Of a stretch of DNA of 64,000 nt, positions 21,015 to 30,599 are shown piece after piece. The stretch lies in the IMG/VR virus record IMGVR_UViG_3300011261_000048, positions 1 through 64,000 of that record, one strand, 5' to 3'. Below the pieces are notes generated by a model. That model was not told the DNA's origin, searched no databases, and saw only the letters and a list, made by a program, of their open reading frames with translations. The position numbers and the translations under genes are program-made. The stretch comes from a virus. The stretch's first letter is position 1; every line of letters starts with the position of its first letter.

Positions 21015-21491
21015 TTAAAAAGCGGCTGTAACTTTATCAATTCCTTTCTTTTTAATATAGTCCCTCATCATATTTTTAAATAGAGGCATTACATCTTCAT
21101 CTCTTACTCCTAAATTTTTACCTATAGATGTTACAAAACTAGTTTGGATACTGTCCATGGCTAATAATTTACTTTCTACTTCTCTATGGATTTCTAAAGC
21201 TTTATCTTCAGCATAGCTACTAACAAAGGGACTGCTTAGTACATCTAAAAATAATGTAGGGTCTTTAAGACATTTCTCTAAATTATATTGAAATCTATTA
21301 TCTATAATAGTATCAAAGTGGACCTTAAGGTCTTCTTTTACTATTCCAGTAATTTCTGATCTAAACTTTAACTCAGCTCCTGCATTAAATGTATCTTTTA
21401 CTATTCCCCATAAAAGTAATGCTCCAGATAGTAGTATAGCTATAGCATTCTTTTTAAGTAGTTCTAATAACTCATTCTTCTTTTCTGTCAT
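21015..21491 (-). CDS. Membrane protein with single N-terminal TM, lysis-module candidate
   Basis: NAIAILLSGALLLWGIV hydrophobic helix. Confidence 0.55.
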   Translation of the reverse strand: MTEKKNELLELLKKNAIAILLSGALLLWGIVKDTFNAGAELKFRSEITGIVKEDLKVHFDTIIDNRFQYNLEKCLKDPTLFLDVLSSPFVSSYAEDKALEIHREVESKLLAMDSIQTSFVTSIGKNLGVRDEDVMPLFKNMMRDYIKKKGIDKVTAAF

Positions 21492-21768
21492 CTCTTACTC
21501 CTTTAATTGCTGTATAAGCGTCAATAAATTTACCTCCAAACACATATCCTCCAAATAGAGTCATTGCATATTCCAGGGCATCAATAATTATCTTAAATTT
21601 ATCTATTTCAATTTCAAACTTAGAGCTTATACCTGCAGCAGTTAGTATACCAATGGTTAAGTAGTAAGCTACTATAGACCAAAGCAAGTATACTCTACCT
21701 TGGGAGTATCTACCTTTTTCTTTTAAGATATCTTTAAATAATTGGAAATATTCTTTTTTAGTTTTCAT
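21472..21768 (-). CDS. Putative holin (2 TM)
   Basis: 98 aa, GRYSQGRV followed by two hydrophobic helices, charged termini. Confidence 0.55.
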   Translation of the reverse strand: MKTKKEYFQLFKDILKEKGRYSQGRVYLLWSIVAYYLTIGILTAAGISSKFEIEIDKFKIIIDALEYAMTLFGGYVFGGKFIDAYTAIKGVRDDRKEE

Positions 21769-22411
21769 CTTTCTTAACTTCTTTTTTAATGGTGTCTATA
21801 GCTGTTTTCATTACTACTAACTCCTGTCCTGAAAAAGGAGTAGGTTCATGAGTAGCTACAGAACAGTAGAATAACCTATCTTTGGTTGAGTTAATTTTAG
21901 TCCTATTTAGAAAATAAATTAAAGAGTGCTTAACTTTTTCTACTTTATAGATATTTTTTAAATCTCCTTCATGCATATGACCTACATCTAAAGTAGTCAT
22001 CCCCTGTGCTTCAATAGTCTTAAGCATTTTTCTATACACCTCATCAAATTCAAACCTAACATATTTACCAACTGCACCAATAGATAGCATTACTTTACCA
22101 CTATCTTTATGCTGCTCATAAATAGCTGTAGCAAACCGCATATTAGTTTTACCATTACATGCAGTAAATATAATAAACCTGTCTGCTTGGGTTTCTTTAA
22201 ACATCCTTTCTACTGCATCTTTTATAGTATTAAACATTTGTAGGTCTAAAACCATAGGGTCTGAGAAGTCTTTAACTTCTTGTTTTAGATTCTTGTTTTC
22301 CTTTGCTAGTAGTAAAGAGGTTTTTCTTTCTCCTCTAACTTTATATACTGCTATAAAGACAGTGCTTAATACTACTGAGAAAGGTAATAGGATACTTATA
22401 ACTAATTCCAT
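21758..22411 (-). CDS. TM plus GAF-like domain protein (T4 holin T-like architecture)
   Basis: N-terminal TM, then ADRFIIFTACNG...FATAIYEQ pattern resembling GAF-type holin domains. Confidence 0.45.
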   Translation of the reverse strand: MELVISILLPFSVVLSTVFIAVYKVRGERKTSLLLAKENKNLKQEVKDFSDPMVLDLQMFNTIKDAVERMFKETQADRFIIFTACNGKTNMRFATAIYEQHKDSGKVMLSIGAVGKYVRFEFDEVYRKMLKTIEAQGMTTLDVGHMHEGDLKNIYKVEKVKHSLIYFLNRTKINSTKDRLFYCSVATHEPTPFSGQELVVMKTAIDTIKKEVKKDEN

Positions 22412-22412
22412 T

Positions 22413-22898
22413 TTATTTTTTTATTGACTGATGATAATCTGCTTTATCTATTTTTTCTTTTGCTAATTTATAATCCCATGACCCTTCTGCGTGTCTCTTC
22501 TGCCTAAACACTTTATTTAATACTTTACTAAGTGTAACTCCTCTTGTATAAATAATTGATTCTCTTTTTTCTAACTGCCCTATAGATGCGGATATAGTAG
22601 TATTCTTTTCTCCAAAATGAGTATTATCATCTGGAGTAATAGCATCTTCTACCCATTCTCCCCATACATTACCTAAACAATCATAATCAACTGCTAAGTT
22701 ATAGAGCATACCTCCTACAGTAGCTAATGTACCATCTAATAACTTATACCATACTATAAAGAAGTAAGATATGTTCCTTTTTTGCACTGCTAATATAATA
22801 GAATGGAAAGGAGAATATAGTATACCTATAACTATAACAGTACTAAATACTATTAAAGATCCTACTAATGCTACTATTCCCCTTATTAATTCCTTCAT
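22413..22898 (-). CDS. Membrane protein
   Basis: Long N-terminal hydrophobic region; FGEKNTTISASIG. Confidence 0.6.
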   Translation of the reverse strand: MKELIRGIVALVGSLIVFSTVIVIGILYSPFHSIILAVQKRNISYFFIVWYKLLDGTLATVGGMLYNLAVDYDCLGNVWGEWVEDAITPDDNTHFGEKNTTISASIGQLEKRESIIYTRGVTLSKVLNKVFRQKRHAEGSWDYKLAKEKIDKADYHQSIKK

Positions 22899-23119
22899 AC
22901 CTCATTACCTTGGTTAATCCACTCTGGTATATTAACTTCCTCAACACTATTAACTAATATTTCTCCAAATTCTCCTAAGATATTTGGGTAGTCTTTTAAT
23001 AGCATTTCTATATCTTTAGGATTGATTACTACTAATCACCTAGTTCCATTAATCTCTGGTAAGCAATAAGTGTAAGTTTTACTCTCACCCTTAAACATAA
23101 ACTTAACCTTGCTATCCAT
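22895..23119 (-). pseudogene. 74-codon ORF interrupted by an in-frame TGA (23038-23036)
   Basis: MDSKVKFMFKGESKTYTYCLPEINGTR*LVVINPKDIEMLLKDYPNILGEFGEILVNSVEEVNIPEWINQGNEV*; the final TGA overlaps the next ATG (ATGA). Confidence 0.6.
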
Positions 23120-23143
23120 GGTTTTTATTGTGTTTTTTAGTTA

Positions 23144-23902
23144 TTATAAATCGTTAATTATTAAAGGTTTTTGGTAGTCATCCCATATTTTCAAATACCC
23201 ATCTACGCTAGGGTGCTTATCGTCTATATTCCAATCTATTACTGTTGGAGTAAATAACCTTCTGTTGTTAGTATCTAAATTAGTAAATGCTAATTTACCT
23301 GAATTCACTTCTGCTTTATATGGTCTACCTAAACTTGGCGGATCAATAATATTATATTGATAAATCTTTAAATTAGCGTTACCAGTTTCTGTTATAATAC
23401 CATTAAAAAAGTTTGTTGAATTAGTTTGATAAGCGTTAGCATCTACTAGAGTTTTACTATCTTGCTCTCCTTGCCACCAAATTAACCCCTCAAACACATA
23501 AGACTTGCCCCTATTGTCCATCCATGTCTTAGCGTTCTGTATTGCTGCTATTGCTTCATCATACAACTCTGCTACACTTGCTACATTCCAATCTACTATC
23601 CCTGCATCTTGTGCTAATCCTGCTCCACCTTTGGCGCATTTAACTATATAAACATCTCTACCTAATAAATCTGCAATATCTTTAAAGTAGAACTCAATAG
23701 AACATCCGTTATTTTTATAAGCTAAAGGAAATTGATTATTATTTAAAGTTGAGTCAATACAGGAAAAATTAACTCCGTCTTTTAGTATTCTAGTGTTGAT
23801 TTTTAACCCTGTATATTCCGCTTGCAAATCTAGTATTCCGTCAGTCTGTCCTGCGCTCCAACTTTGACCCATCGAAAGCCATATTTTATTCACTTGTGCC
23901 AT
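23144..23902 (-). CDS. SGNH-type carbohydrate acetylesterase (SASA / sialate O-acetylesterase-like)
   Basis: GQS nucleophile motif, AKGG, WWQGEQD, D..HP. Confidence 0.85.
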   Translation of the reverse strand: MAQVNKIWLSMGQSWSAGQTDGILDLQAEYTGLKINTRILKDGVNFSCIDSTLNNNQFPLAYKNNGCSIEFYFKDIADLLGRDVYIVKCAKGGAGLAQDAGIVDWNVASVAELYDEAIAAIQNAKTWMDNRGKSYVFEGLIWWQGEQDSKTLVDANAYQTNSTNFFNGIITETGNANLKIYQYNIIDPPSLGRPYKAEVNSGKLAFTNLDTNNRRLFTPTVIDWNIDDKHPSVDGYLKIWDDYQKPLIINDL

Positions 23903-23904
23903 AA

Positions 23905-24678
23905 TTAATAAGGGTTTTCGTTACAATCTTTATCTATTGCGCTAACATTTACACTAATTCCATCATTTGTAGATACACTATCTAAAATATCCCAATCTGT
24001 ACCGTCAAAAGTATCATTATCAAAAATATATTGCTGAACCATATTATCTAAAACATCGCTTGTTATTCTAGGACTTCCAGCGTTCCAAAGTTCGGAGGCT
24101 TCTGTGCTTGTGATTACGTCATTTGTCCAACCTACTTGGTTATAATAACCCTCGAAAAACTTAAAAGGTGCTGTTAAAAGTCTTGTAGTTCCGTATGTTG
24201 TAGGCAAAGCATTATTATATACTGTTGTTGGTATTGTTGTTGACGTTCCTGCATCAGCTAAACCATCAACGTAGCAAGTCATAACGCCATTGTTATAAGT
24301 TAGTATCAAATCATAAAAATCAGTCGTATTATTAAATTCTTTAACTGTTTTATAATTGCCAGAATTAGCTGAGCCATCACTAGATAGTGTAAGTGTTAAA
24401 GTATTGTCAATATTTAAAGTTCCTACAAATTGTTTTAAGTTTCCAGATACTTGAAAATTGCCAAATAAATACTCTTGCGTTGCTACTCTTAGCCTCCTAA
24501 ATACAATTCTAACACTCCATATTTTACCAGTTCCACCTACTAAATCAGTAGTTGTTGTAGTGCCTTGTAAATAACTGTCTGTACCGTTTAAATAATAACT
24601 ACAATAGGTCTTATTAAATGAGTTCAATACCCCCAACCTCGGCAGTGACCTATCATATCCATATCCAAAACTAAACAT
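23905..24678 (-). CDS. LamG / concanavalin A-like tail-associated protein
   Basis: LNGTDSY, YVDG, FFEG..NQV...WN, ELWNAG pattern. Confidence 0.7.
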   Translation of the reverse strand: MFSFGYGYDRSLPRLGVLNSFNKTYCSYYLNGTDSYLQGTTTTTDLVGGTGKIWSVRIVFRRLRVATQEYLFGNFQVSGNLKQFVGTLNIDNTLTLTLSSDGSANSGNYKTVKEFNNTTDFYDLILTYNNGVMTCYVDGLADAGTSTTIPTTVYNNALPTTYGTTRLLTAPFKFFEGYYNQVGWTNDVITSTEASELWNAGSPRITSDVLDNMVQQYIFDNDTFDGTDWDILDSVSTNDGISVNVSAIDKDCNENPY

Positions 24679-24681
24679 ATA

Positions 24682-24957
24682 TTATCGTATTAAAGCTATA
24701 GATCCACTAGCTAATTTATATCCTGAAATTCTTTTACCGTCTAACGCCCTTACTACCATACCTGATTTTAAAGTGTTGGCCCCTATTCCTTGTGTAGTAA
24801 GAATATCTACACCTTTTTCATCTGTTAATATATCAAATCCTGCAGCATCGTTTATTACTAAATACTTATAGTTAACTCCTGTTACTGCTGTAGTAGTAAA
24901 GTCATATATTGTTCCTGCACCTCCTAGTGCATCATTTTCATCTCCGTATACTGGCAT
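24682..24957 (-). CDS. Small beta-rich tail-fibre-associated protein
   Basis: ORF track; ends LASGSIALIR. Confidence 0.5.
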   Translation of the reverse strand: MPVYGDENDALGGAGTIYDFTTTAVTGVNYKYLVINDAAGFDILTDEKGVDILTTQGIGANTLKSGMVVRALDGKRISGYKLASGSIALIR

Positions 24958-25003
24958 AATGTTTTTGTTTTAATGTGTTTGTATTTTAAGGTATACTTCT
25001 ATT

Positions 25004-25603
25004 TTAAAGAGTTACTAGTCTATAGTATATAGTTAATCTACCAGTGTTAGTACCACCTGTTAATGCTACAGAATCATATAAGTACATTTCTGAATTTGTT
25101 AATAGTCTTACTGAAGCTACAGAGTTAGTTGTATAGGCTCTTTCACCAGCCCCAAATATTGCAGAAGAAGTCAGAGCTGTAACTTGCTCTGTACCTACAG
25201 GGTCTATAATGGATACAGTACTTCCTCCTGCATATGCATTTCCACCTGAACCAAAAGTTTGTAAAGTAGCACTAACTATATCATAAGCAGTACCTGAAGC
25301 AGGAATAGGTAGTACTTCTTTACCATCTCCTGAAGAAAGTGCTAAAATATCAGCAGAACTTAATTCTACAACTGTTTTCAGTACTACATCTACCCCTGTA
25401 ATTGCTGTTGTTGCTAATTGTGCAAGTACTTCTGGAGCAATAGCATTGATAAATTGCGCTTTACTAAGTTGCTTAGGTTTCTTATTAGGACCTACAGCTA
25501 TAAGTATAGTATCTTTTTCTGTTATTGCAGATATAGAACCTGCTTGTTTTATATTAGGTACTGCCATGTCTTTATTTTTTAAGTGATATTTTTTTACTGA
25601 CAC
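25004..25603 (-). CDS. Putative virion structural protein
   Basis: ORF track; true start may be the internal ATG (MAVPNIKQ). Confidence 0.5.
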   Translation of the reverse strand: MSVKKYHLKNKDMAVPNIKQAGSISAITEKDTILIAVGPNKKPKQLSKAQFINAIAPEVLAQLATTAITGVDVVLKTVVELSSADILALSSGDGKEVLPIPASGTAYDIVSATLQTFGSGGNAYAGGSTVSIIDPVGTEQVTALTSSAIFGAGERAYTTNSVASVRLLTNSEMYLYDSVALTGGTNTGRLTIYYRLVTL

Positions 25604-26156
25604 CTACATGGTATCCTCTGTTAATAATGTCATAACCAACTTCAAACTTAAGTTCTTGTTTAGTCATAAATTCTACTTTAGGTTTTAATAAGATATAGTT
25701 AGCAGATACTCCACCATCTATTCCTAGAAAAACCTTAATTTTTTTCTCCTCTGGTTTTAATAAAGTAACACTATCAGTTTTGATAATGTACTTTGGAAAC
25801 TTAGGAGTGTATGTTAACTCTTGTGCTACTAAAGTACCATCTGTAGTAACCTTAGAAAAAATACTACCTTTTATTAAGGTATCTTCATAAGGATTATTGT
25901 ACTCATAGGTATTATATATAGTATCAGTGATAGTATCATGATACGTAACATACTTAGGTACAGTAACTTCCACAGGTACTTTATAAGGAACAGCTACCAT
26001 AAATGGAATAGTATCTACTACTGTAGTATGAGATATAACTTCATAGTTTTTAATGTCCATGGGCTCAGATTGATTTCTAGAGCATACATTCATTAGTATA
26101 GCTATAGCAATAATATACAAAGGTACAAATTTTATGTCATTTGTTTCTAATTGCAT
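25572..26156 (-). CDS. Putative spanin-like membrane protein
   Basis: N-terminal TM ending in Cys, repeated DTI/DTV segments and beta-rich C-terminus; directly after the endolysin candidate. Confidence 0.5.
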   Translation of the reverse strand: MQLETNDIKFVPLYIIAIAILMNVCSRNQSEPMDIKNYEVISHTTVVDTIPFMVAVPYKVPVEVTVPKYVTYHDTITDTIYNTYEYNNPYEDTLIKGSIFSKVTTDGTLVAQELTYTPKFPKYIIKTDSVTLLKPEEKKIKVFLGIDGGVSANYILLKPKVEFMTKQELKFEVGYDIINRGYHVGVSKKISLKK

Positions 26157-26728
26157 ATGTCTTTTTTCTCTAATAAAGTATAAGTAAAGCTATCTCCATA
26201 TAATAAAGCACTTGCTTTCATTACTTTTAATGCTCTCTTCAAGTCTTTAGGGTCTTGGAATACTTGACATCCTGCAGAATACTTTCCAATAGTATCAGCA
26301 TCATATGCATGATGTAAATTAATTCCAAATCTACCTGTGTCATCTACATCTACATCAATAGAAGTATCTTTATTTTTATCTCTGTAAACAGTAACCTTAG
26401 CAGATTGTGTTCCTGCTTCATACTTACCTCTGTGTTTACCTATCTTCCACATACCTTTATGTTGGCCTGGTTTAAGTATAGCTACCCCTTCAGAGTTTAG
26501 TAATTTATACTTAGAGTAGTAATTACCTGGATCAGTAGTGAAGTCATCATATAACTCTACTATCTTAGAACCATTGTCTTCATATACTATTAAAAATAAA
26601 TCATCAAATAGGTTAGTAATTAAATTACTAGTTCTTATCCCTATAAGGTTAATGTTGTAATGCCCTGTAAAGAATTTGTATCCTTTGGCTTCTACACTCT
26701 TTTTTATATTATCGTAACTTAAATTCAT
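26147..26728 (-). CDS. Putative endolysin with YkuD/L,D-transpeptidase-like catalytic motif
   Basis: NLIGIR, TTDPG, GINLHHA...YSAGCQV (H...SxGC). Confidence 0.7.
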   Translation of the reverse strand: MNLSYDNIKKSVEAKGYKFFTGHYNINLIGIRTSNLITNLFDDLFLIVYEDNGSKIVELYDDFTTDPGNYYSKYKLLNSEGVAILKPGQHKGMWKIGKHRGKYEAGTQSAKVTVYRDKNKDTSIDVDVDDTGRFGINLHHAYDADTIGKYSAGCQVFQDPKDLKRALKVMKASALLYGDSFTYTLLEKKDICN

Positions 26729-26733
26729 ATAGA

Positions 26734-28320
26734 TTATATTTCAATTAGTATATACTCAAATTCTGCTTGAGCTATAGTTGCATTATCTGATACTGCATCT
26801 ACAGTCACTTTTATATCTGCTCCTGCTTCTGCTACAATACCTCCTCCGAACTCATTATTCAGAATTGCCCCTGTTTGTAGTCCATATACTCTTTTAGCAT
26901 TATAAACTCCTGATTTAGGTCTTACTCTAAGAGATATTGTTGCAGACCCAGCTGCTCCACTTGCTCTAGTGATCCCTGCTTGAATCTTTTTGATAAGCAT
27001 TCTCTTATTGTAAGGCACTGTATAAGTACATACTGTACTTTGATTAAGACCTATTGCTATAGTAGCAAATACATAAGTTGTAGTAGTAGTTGCTCTAGCA
27101 GTTATAGTTCCTGCATTACTTCCTCCTGTACCTGCTGTTAGTACAACGATTCTGTTTACTCTCCACCATGTATTAGTTGATGTCACTGGAGTAACCCCAT
27201 TAAGAATTATGTCTTCATACTCGTAGTTCTCAGATAAGTCCGTTTTAAGTCCATATATCCTAACTGTTCTAGCACCTGTACCTGCACTTGTATCATTAGC
27301 ACTTGATGAGAATACATTTACGGTCTCTGGTGTATAACTAAGAGGATGTCCTGCATATACTCCTCCAACAGAAGTAATATCACTAGGAGCAGATGCTATA
27401 TTAATTACAGGGTTTCTACCAAACTTAGTATCTACTTCATAGTTAGGTACATTATTCAGGGCAACTTCTGTTTTAAAGTCAGATACTAATAAAGCACCTG
27501 CTTCATTTCTGTTATTAGGTTGAGAAGTTACTCTAAGGGCAATCTCAAAGAAAAAAGAAGTTTGTGCTGTAGCACCATTAGTATAAGTTACTTTAATACC
27601 ATCTAAAAGCGGTTCTAGATTTAATCTTAAGAAACCTCTTTCTATATCTTTTTCTGTAAAGGAAAAAGTTTGTGATGCTCTAGTTACAGGAGATCCAATA
27701 TTTGCATCATCTGTAAATTCAATTAACACTCCTCTTGAAGCAGAGGGCTGGTCAGCATTAATAAATATTTGAATATCTGCCCAACCATCAGTATCAACCC
27801 ATCCTGTAGAAACAGAAGCACCTATACCTAGGTTTGCTGAAGTTGAGAATGCACTTCCATCAGCAGGAGTTGATACATAGTCACCATCAGGTTGTCTACC
27901 TCTAGTAACAGACTGTACTAAAGCTGCTTGTGAGAAATCAGTAGGGTTTACACTCAATGGAAATACAGATAACTTATCCGAAGCACCCTTAAATGCCTTT
28001 ATTTCCATAGAGGCATCTGTAACTCCTACTCCTGTATTATTAGTCCAGGTAAACTTCATAAACCTTTGTCTACATATAACATTAAATAGGTAGAAAACTC
28101 CTTCATTATAAGTAACTGGGGTACTTAGTTGAGTACTTCCTCCTGAAGTAGATTTACTTTCAATTAGCATAGTCATACCAGCTGTACTAGCATACCCTGA
28201 AAATTGAACTTTATCAAACGCCTGCATATCAAGCCAACCTGAATCTATACTTGATCCGTTATTTAGTGTAGCTTGTAAATCACTATATAGTATGACACTA
28301 CTTGAACCTATGTTACTCAT
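26734..28320 (-). CDS. Tail fibre / structural protein (528 aa)
   Basis: S/T/G-rich. KFGRNP...SSSANDTSAGTGARTVRIYGL domain; two related N-terminal modules (SIDSGWLDMQAFDKVQ / SVSTGWVDTDGWADIQ). Confidence 0.65.
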   Translation of the reverse strand: MSNIGSSSVILYSDLQATLNNGSSIDSGWLDMQAFDKVQFSGYASTAGMTMLIESKSTSGGSTQLSTPVTYNEGVFYLFNVICRQRFMKFTWTNNTGVGVTDASMEIKAFKGASDKLSVFPLSVNPTDFSQAALVQSVTRGRQPDGDYVSTPADGSAFSTSANLGIGASVSTGWVDTDGWADIQIFINADQPSASRGVLIEFTDDANIGSPVTRASQTFSFTEKDIERGFLRLNLEPLLDGIKVTYTNGATAQTSFFFEIALRVTSQPNNRNEAGALLVSDFKTEVALNNVPNYEVDTKFGRNPVINIASAPSDITSVGGVYAGHPLSYTPETVNVFSSSANDTSAGTGARTVRIYGLKTDLSENYEYEDIILNGVTPVTSTNTWWRVNRIVVLTAGTGGSNAGTITARATTTTTYVFATIAIGLNQSTVCTYTVPYNKRMLIKKIQAGITRASGAAGSATISLRVRPKSGVYNAKRVYGLQTGAILNNEFGGGIVAEAGADIKVTVDAVSDNATIAQAEFEYILIEI

Positions 28321-28322
28321 AA

Positions 28323-28868
28323 TTATAATATATAAAAGTTTGTGCCATCAGTAACTACTTTAGTTACATCATAAGCACCTGTTATTGGTACTGTTCCTAC
28401 TCCGTTAATTAAACCTGTAGCAGGTGTTAAATCCATTGTGTTGTTACCTGATGTTTTTATAAAGTACCACTCTGTACCTACATCTAAACCAGTTACATCT
28501 AAATCTATATCTACATCATTAGATGAGGTATCTACTAAGTAGTATCTAACAGTATTAAGTGCAGTGAAATCAGTAGTCTTAGTACTAAATGCTGTAATAG
28601 GTGCAGATAACGGAGTACCAAACTCTAATGCGTCTAAAGCAGAATTTACTTGTAATACCTGTCCTACAGTACCTAGAGCACTAGGGGTATCTGTTAAGTT
28701 TAATATAGATAATTGTAGTATATTACTACTTATAGCCTTACTGAAGAAATCAGTTACAGTTATCTTTAAAGGTAACCCTGTTAACTGGTCATCTATTAAT
28801 AAGAAGTTGTTACTCTTAAGAGTCTCAGTAAGTTTTATCTGTGGGTAGTATACGTTATTAGCTGCCAT
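28323..28868 (-). CDS. Tail fibre-associated protein
   Basis: LTDTPSALGTVGQVLQVNS linker; C-terminal VDTSSNDVDIDL...TDGTNFYIL. Confidence 0.6.
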   Translation of the reverse strand: MAANNVYYPQIKLTETLKSNNFLLIDDQLTGLPLKITVTDFFSKAISSNILQLSILNLTDTPSALGTVGQVLQVNSALDALEFGTPLSAPITAFSTKTTDFTALNTVRYYLVDTSSNDVDIDLDVTGLDVGTEWYFIKTSGNNTMDLTPATGLINGVGTVPITGAYDVTKVVTDGTNFYIL

Positions 28869-28869
28869 G

Positions 28870-29433
28870 TTAGTTACATTTACAATTCCCTAGTAGAGAA
28901 TTAAGTTTATTTTTGATAGCACATATCTCTTCTAATGACAAGCAGTTCCATGTATTTAGGATTACACTTAAGTCATTTTCTAAGTTTACTGTGCTTACTA
29001 CAGCTTCAGTTGTACTTATAGCTGGTATAGTAAATGTTTCTCCTGTTTTATAGGAGTATATGTAAAGACTACTTCCTACTATTAAAGCTACGTATTCTGT
29101 ATTATCATTAATTTCTCCTGCTATAAAAGTAAGGATGGAACTTATATCATCTGTACCTGCATAACTTACAGCATACCCATCTAAAGTAAAAGCTATTCTA
29201 ACAGTAACATCTTCTGTAATACTATCTATAGTAAAAGAAAATGCATTAGTTACTGTACTTGTAAAAGGTACATATCTATGTAAGGGCCCAAATAAATTAG
29301 AAATTGTTATGTTATTCTCTATAAAAGAATCAATGCAAGTACCAAAAGATAAAGCATTATTGAAACTAGTAGACCATGTAGAATACTTGCATTGTAAATA
29401 GTACAGCCAGTTATTTAGTTGGTCTTGAGTCAT
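28870..29433 (-). CDS. Tail hub protein B-like
   Basis: Cys-containing; ends NCLSLEEICAI...NCKCN; synteny. Confidence 0.55.
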   Translation of the reverse strand: MTQDQLNNWLYYLQCKYSTWSTSFNNALSFGTCIDSFIENNITISNLFGPLHRYVPFTSTVTNAFSFTIDSITEDVTVRIAFTLDGYAVSYAGTDDISSILTFIAGEINDNTEYVALIVGSSLYIYSYKTGETFTIPAISTTEAVVSTVNLENDLSVILNTWNCLSLEEICAIKNKLNSLLGNCKCN

Positions 29434-29945
29434 TACAGTTCTTTATTAGTTAGTATATCTACTTGAGTAGCTACAATAGATGTTGTACCTGTACCTAGAA
29501 TTCCTCTAAGTTCCAGTACTTGTCCTGCAGTTACAGCTCCTCTCCATGTAAATGATGGAAAAGCTCTTCTTGCCATAGTATCTGTATCTGTATTCCTTAC
29601 TACTGTTTTAGTTTGTAACTGTACAGCATCTAAGAATAACTCTACAGTACTATCTGCAGAAGGTGTTCCTGTAGATATAGCAAATTCACTAGATATGTGT
29701 ACTTGGTAAGTTCCTGCTGTTGCAAAAGTTACAGTAGCTCCTGTAATTAAAGCTAATGAGCTTGTAAAGGTATAATCTGAAGGTAACTCTGTAAAAGAAG
29801 AAAAAGTCATCCCACTTACGCCATCAGCACCATTTGCACCATCTGCACCTGCAGCTCCAGTAGCACCTGTATCTCCTTGGGGCCCAGCAGGTCCTTGAGG
29901 TATTGTTATATTTGAAGTGTCAAAACACTCATTACATCCACACAT
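29433..29945 (-). CDS. Short collagen-repeat fibre protein
   Basis: MCGCNEC N-terminus, about 9 Gly-X-Y repeats (QGPAGPQGDTGATGAAGADGANGADG), C1q/BclA-like C-terminus. Confidence 0.75.
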   Translation of the reverse strand: MCGCNECFDTSNITIPQGPAGPQGDTGATGAAGADGANGADGVSGMTFSSFTELPSDYTFTSSLALITGATVTFATAGTYQVHISSEFAISTGTPSADSTVELFLDAVQLQTKTVVRNTDTDTMARRAFPSFTWRGAVTAGQVLELRGILGTGTTSIVATQVDILTNKEL

Positions 29946-29946
29946 A

Positions 29947-30525
29947 TTAATTACAATTACATTTTTCTAAATTACAAACTCTTTGTAATTTTAATAGTAA
30001 AGCATCTCTAGTAGCAGTATTACTACAAGCAGCTGCTGCACAAAGTGCTTTAAAGATAGCTTCTGCATTTAATGCTTTTTGTTGAAGACTAGATGAGGTA
30101 CAACCACAATCTGTACTTACAGTATCTGAAGCAAAGTTACTCCAAAGAGTATCTACACAGCATCTTACATTACATAGCAAGTAGCTACAAAGATAGTAAC
30201 TTCTGACCTCAACTCCAAATGTAAACGTTAGTTTAATTTCATACTCACCATCTACAGTGTAAATAGCGTAGCTACCTAAGCTATCATCTCCTGATATAGT
30301 TAACGCATTTACTAATGCTGTAATATCAGTAGTAGTTACTGTTCCTGATGGGTCAGTTATCTCTAGTATAGCAGAATCTATATCTGAAGGGTTAGCTGTT
30401 GCTCCACCCCATCCATTTATATTAGTTACATCTATATAGGACCCTACCTTATCTTTTAATTCTAAAGTACCACAACTATTAGTTACAGCTACTTCTAAGT
30501 TTAATTCTAAATCAGCTAATGCCAT
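29947..30525 (-). CDS. Tail hub protein A-like
   Basis: DGEYEI and Cys-rich C-terminus (CNVRCC...LQRVCNLEKCNCN); follows the auxiliary capsid gene. Confidence 0.6.
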   Translation of the reverse strand: MALADLELNLEVAVTNSCGTLELKDKVGSYIDVTNINGWGGATANPSDIDSAILEITDPSGTVTTTDITALVNALTISGDDSLGSYAIYTVDGEYEIKLTFTFGVEVRSYYLCSYLLCNVRCCVDTLWSNFASDTVSTDCGCTSSSLQQKALNAEAIFKALCAAAACSNTATRDALLLKLQRVCNLEKCNCN

Positions 30526-30544
30526 TTATTTAATTTTTTAAAAC

Positions 30545-30577
30545 AAAAAAAGGGAAAGGATTAATTCCTTCCCCTTT
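30545..30577 (-). terminator. Intrinsic terminator after auxiliary capsid gene
   Basis: AAAGGGAA.GGA/TCC.TTCCCTTT stem with U-tract on the minus strand. Confidence 0.75.
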
Positions 30578-30599
30578 AATTTGTAGATTAGTATTACTA

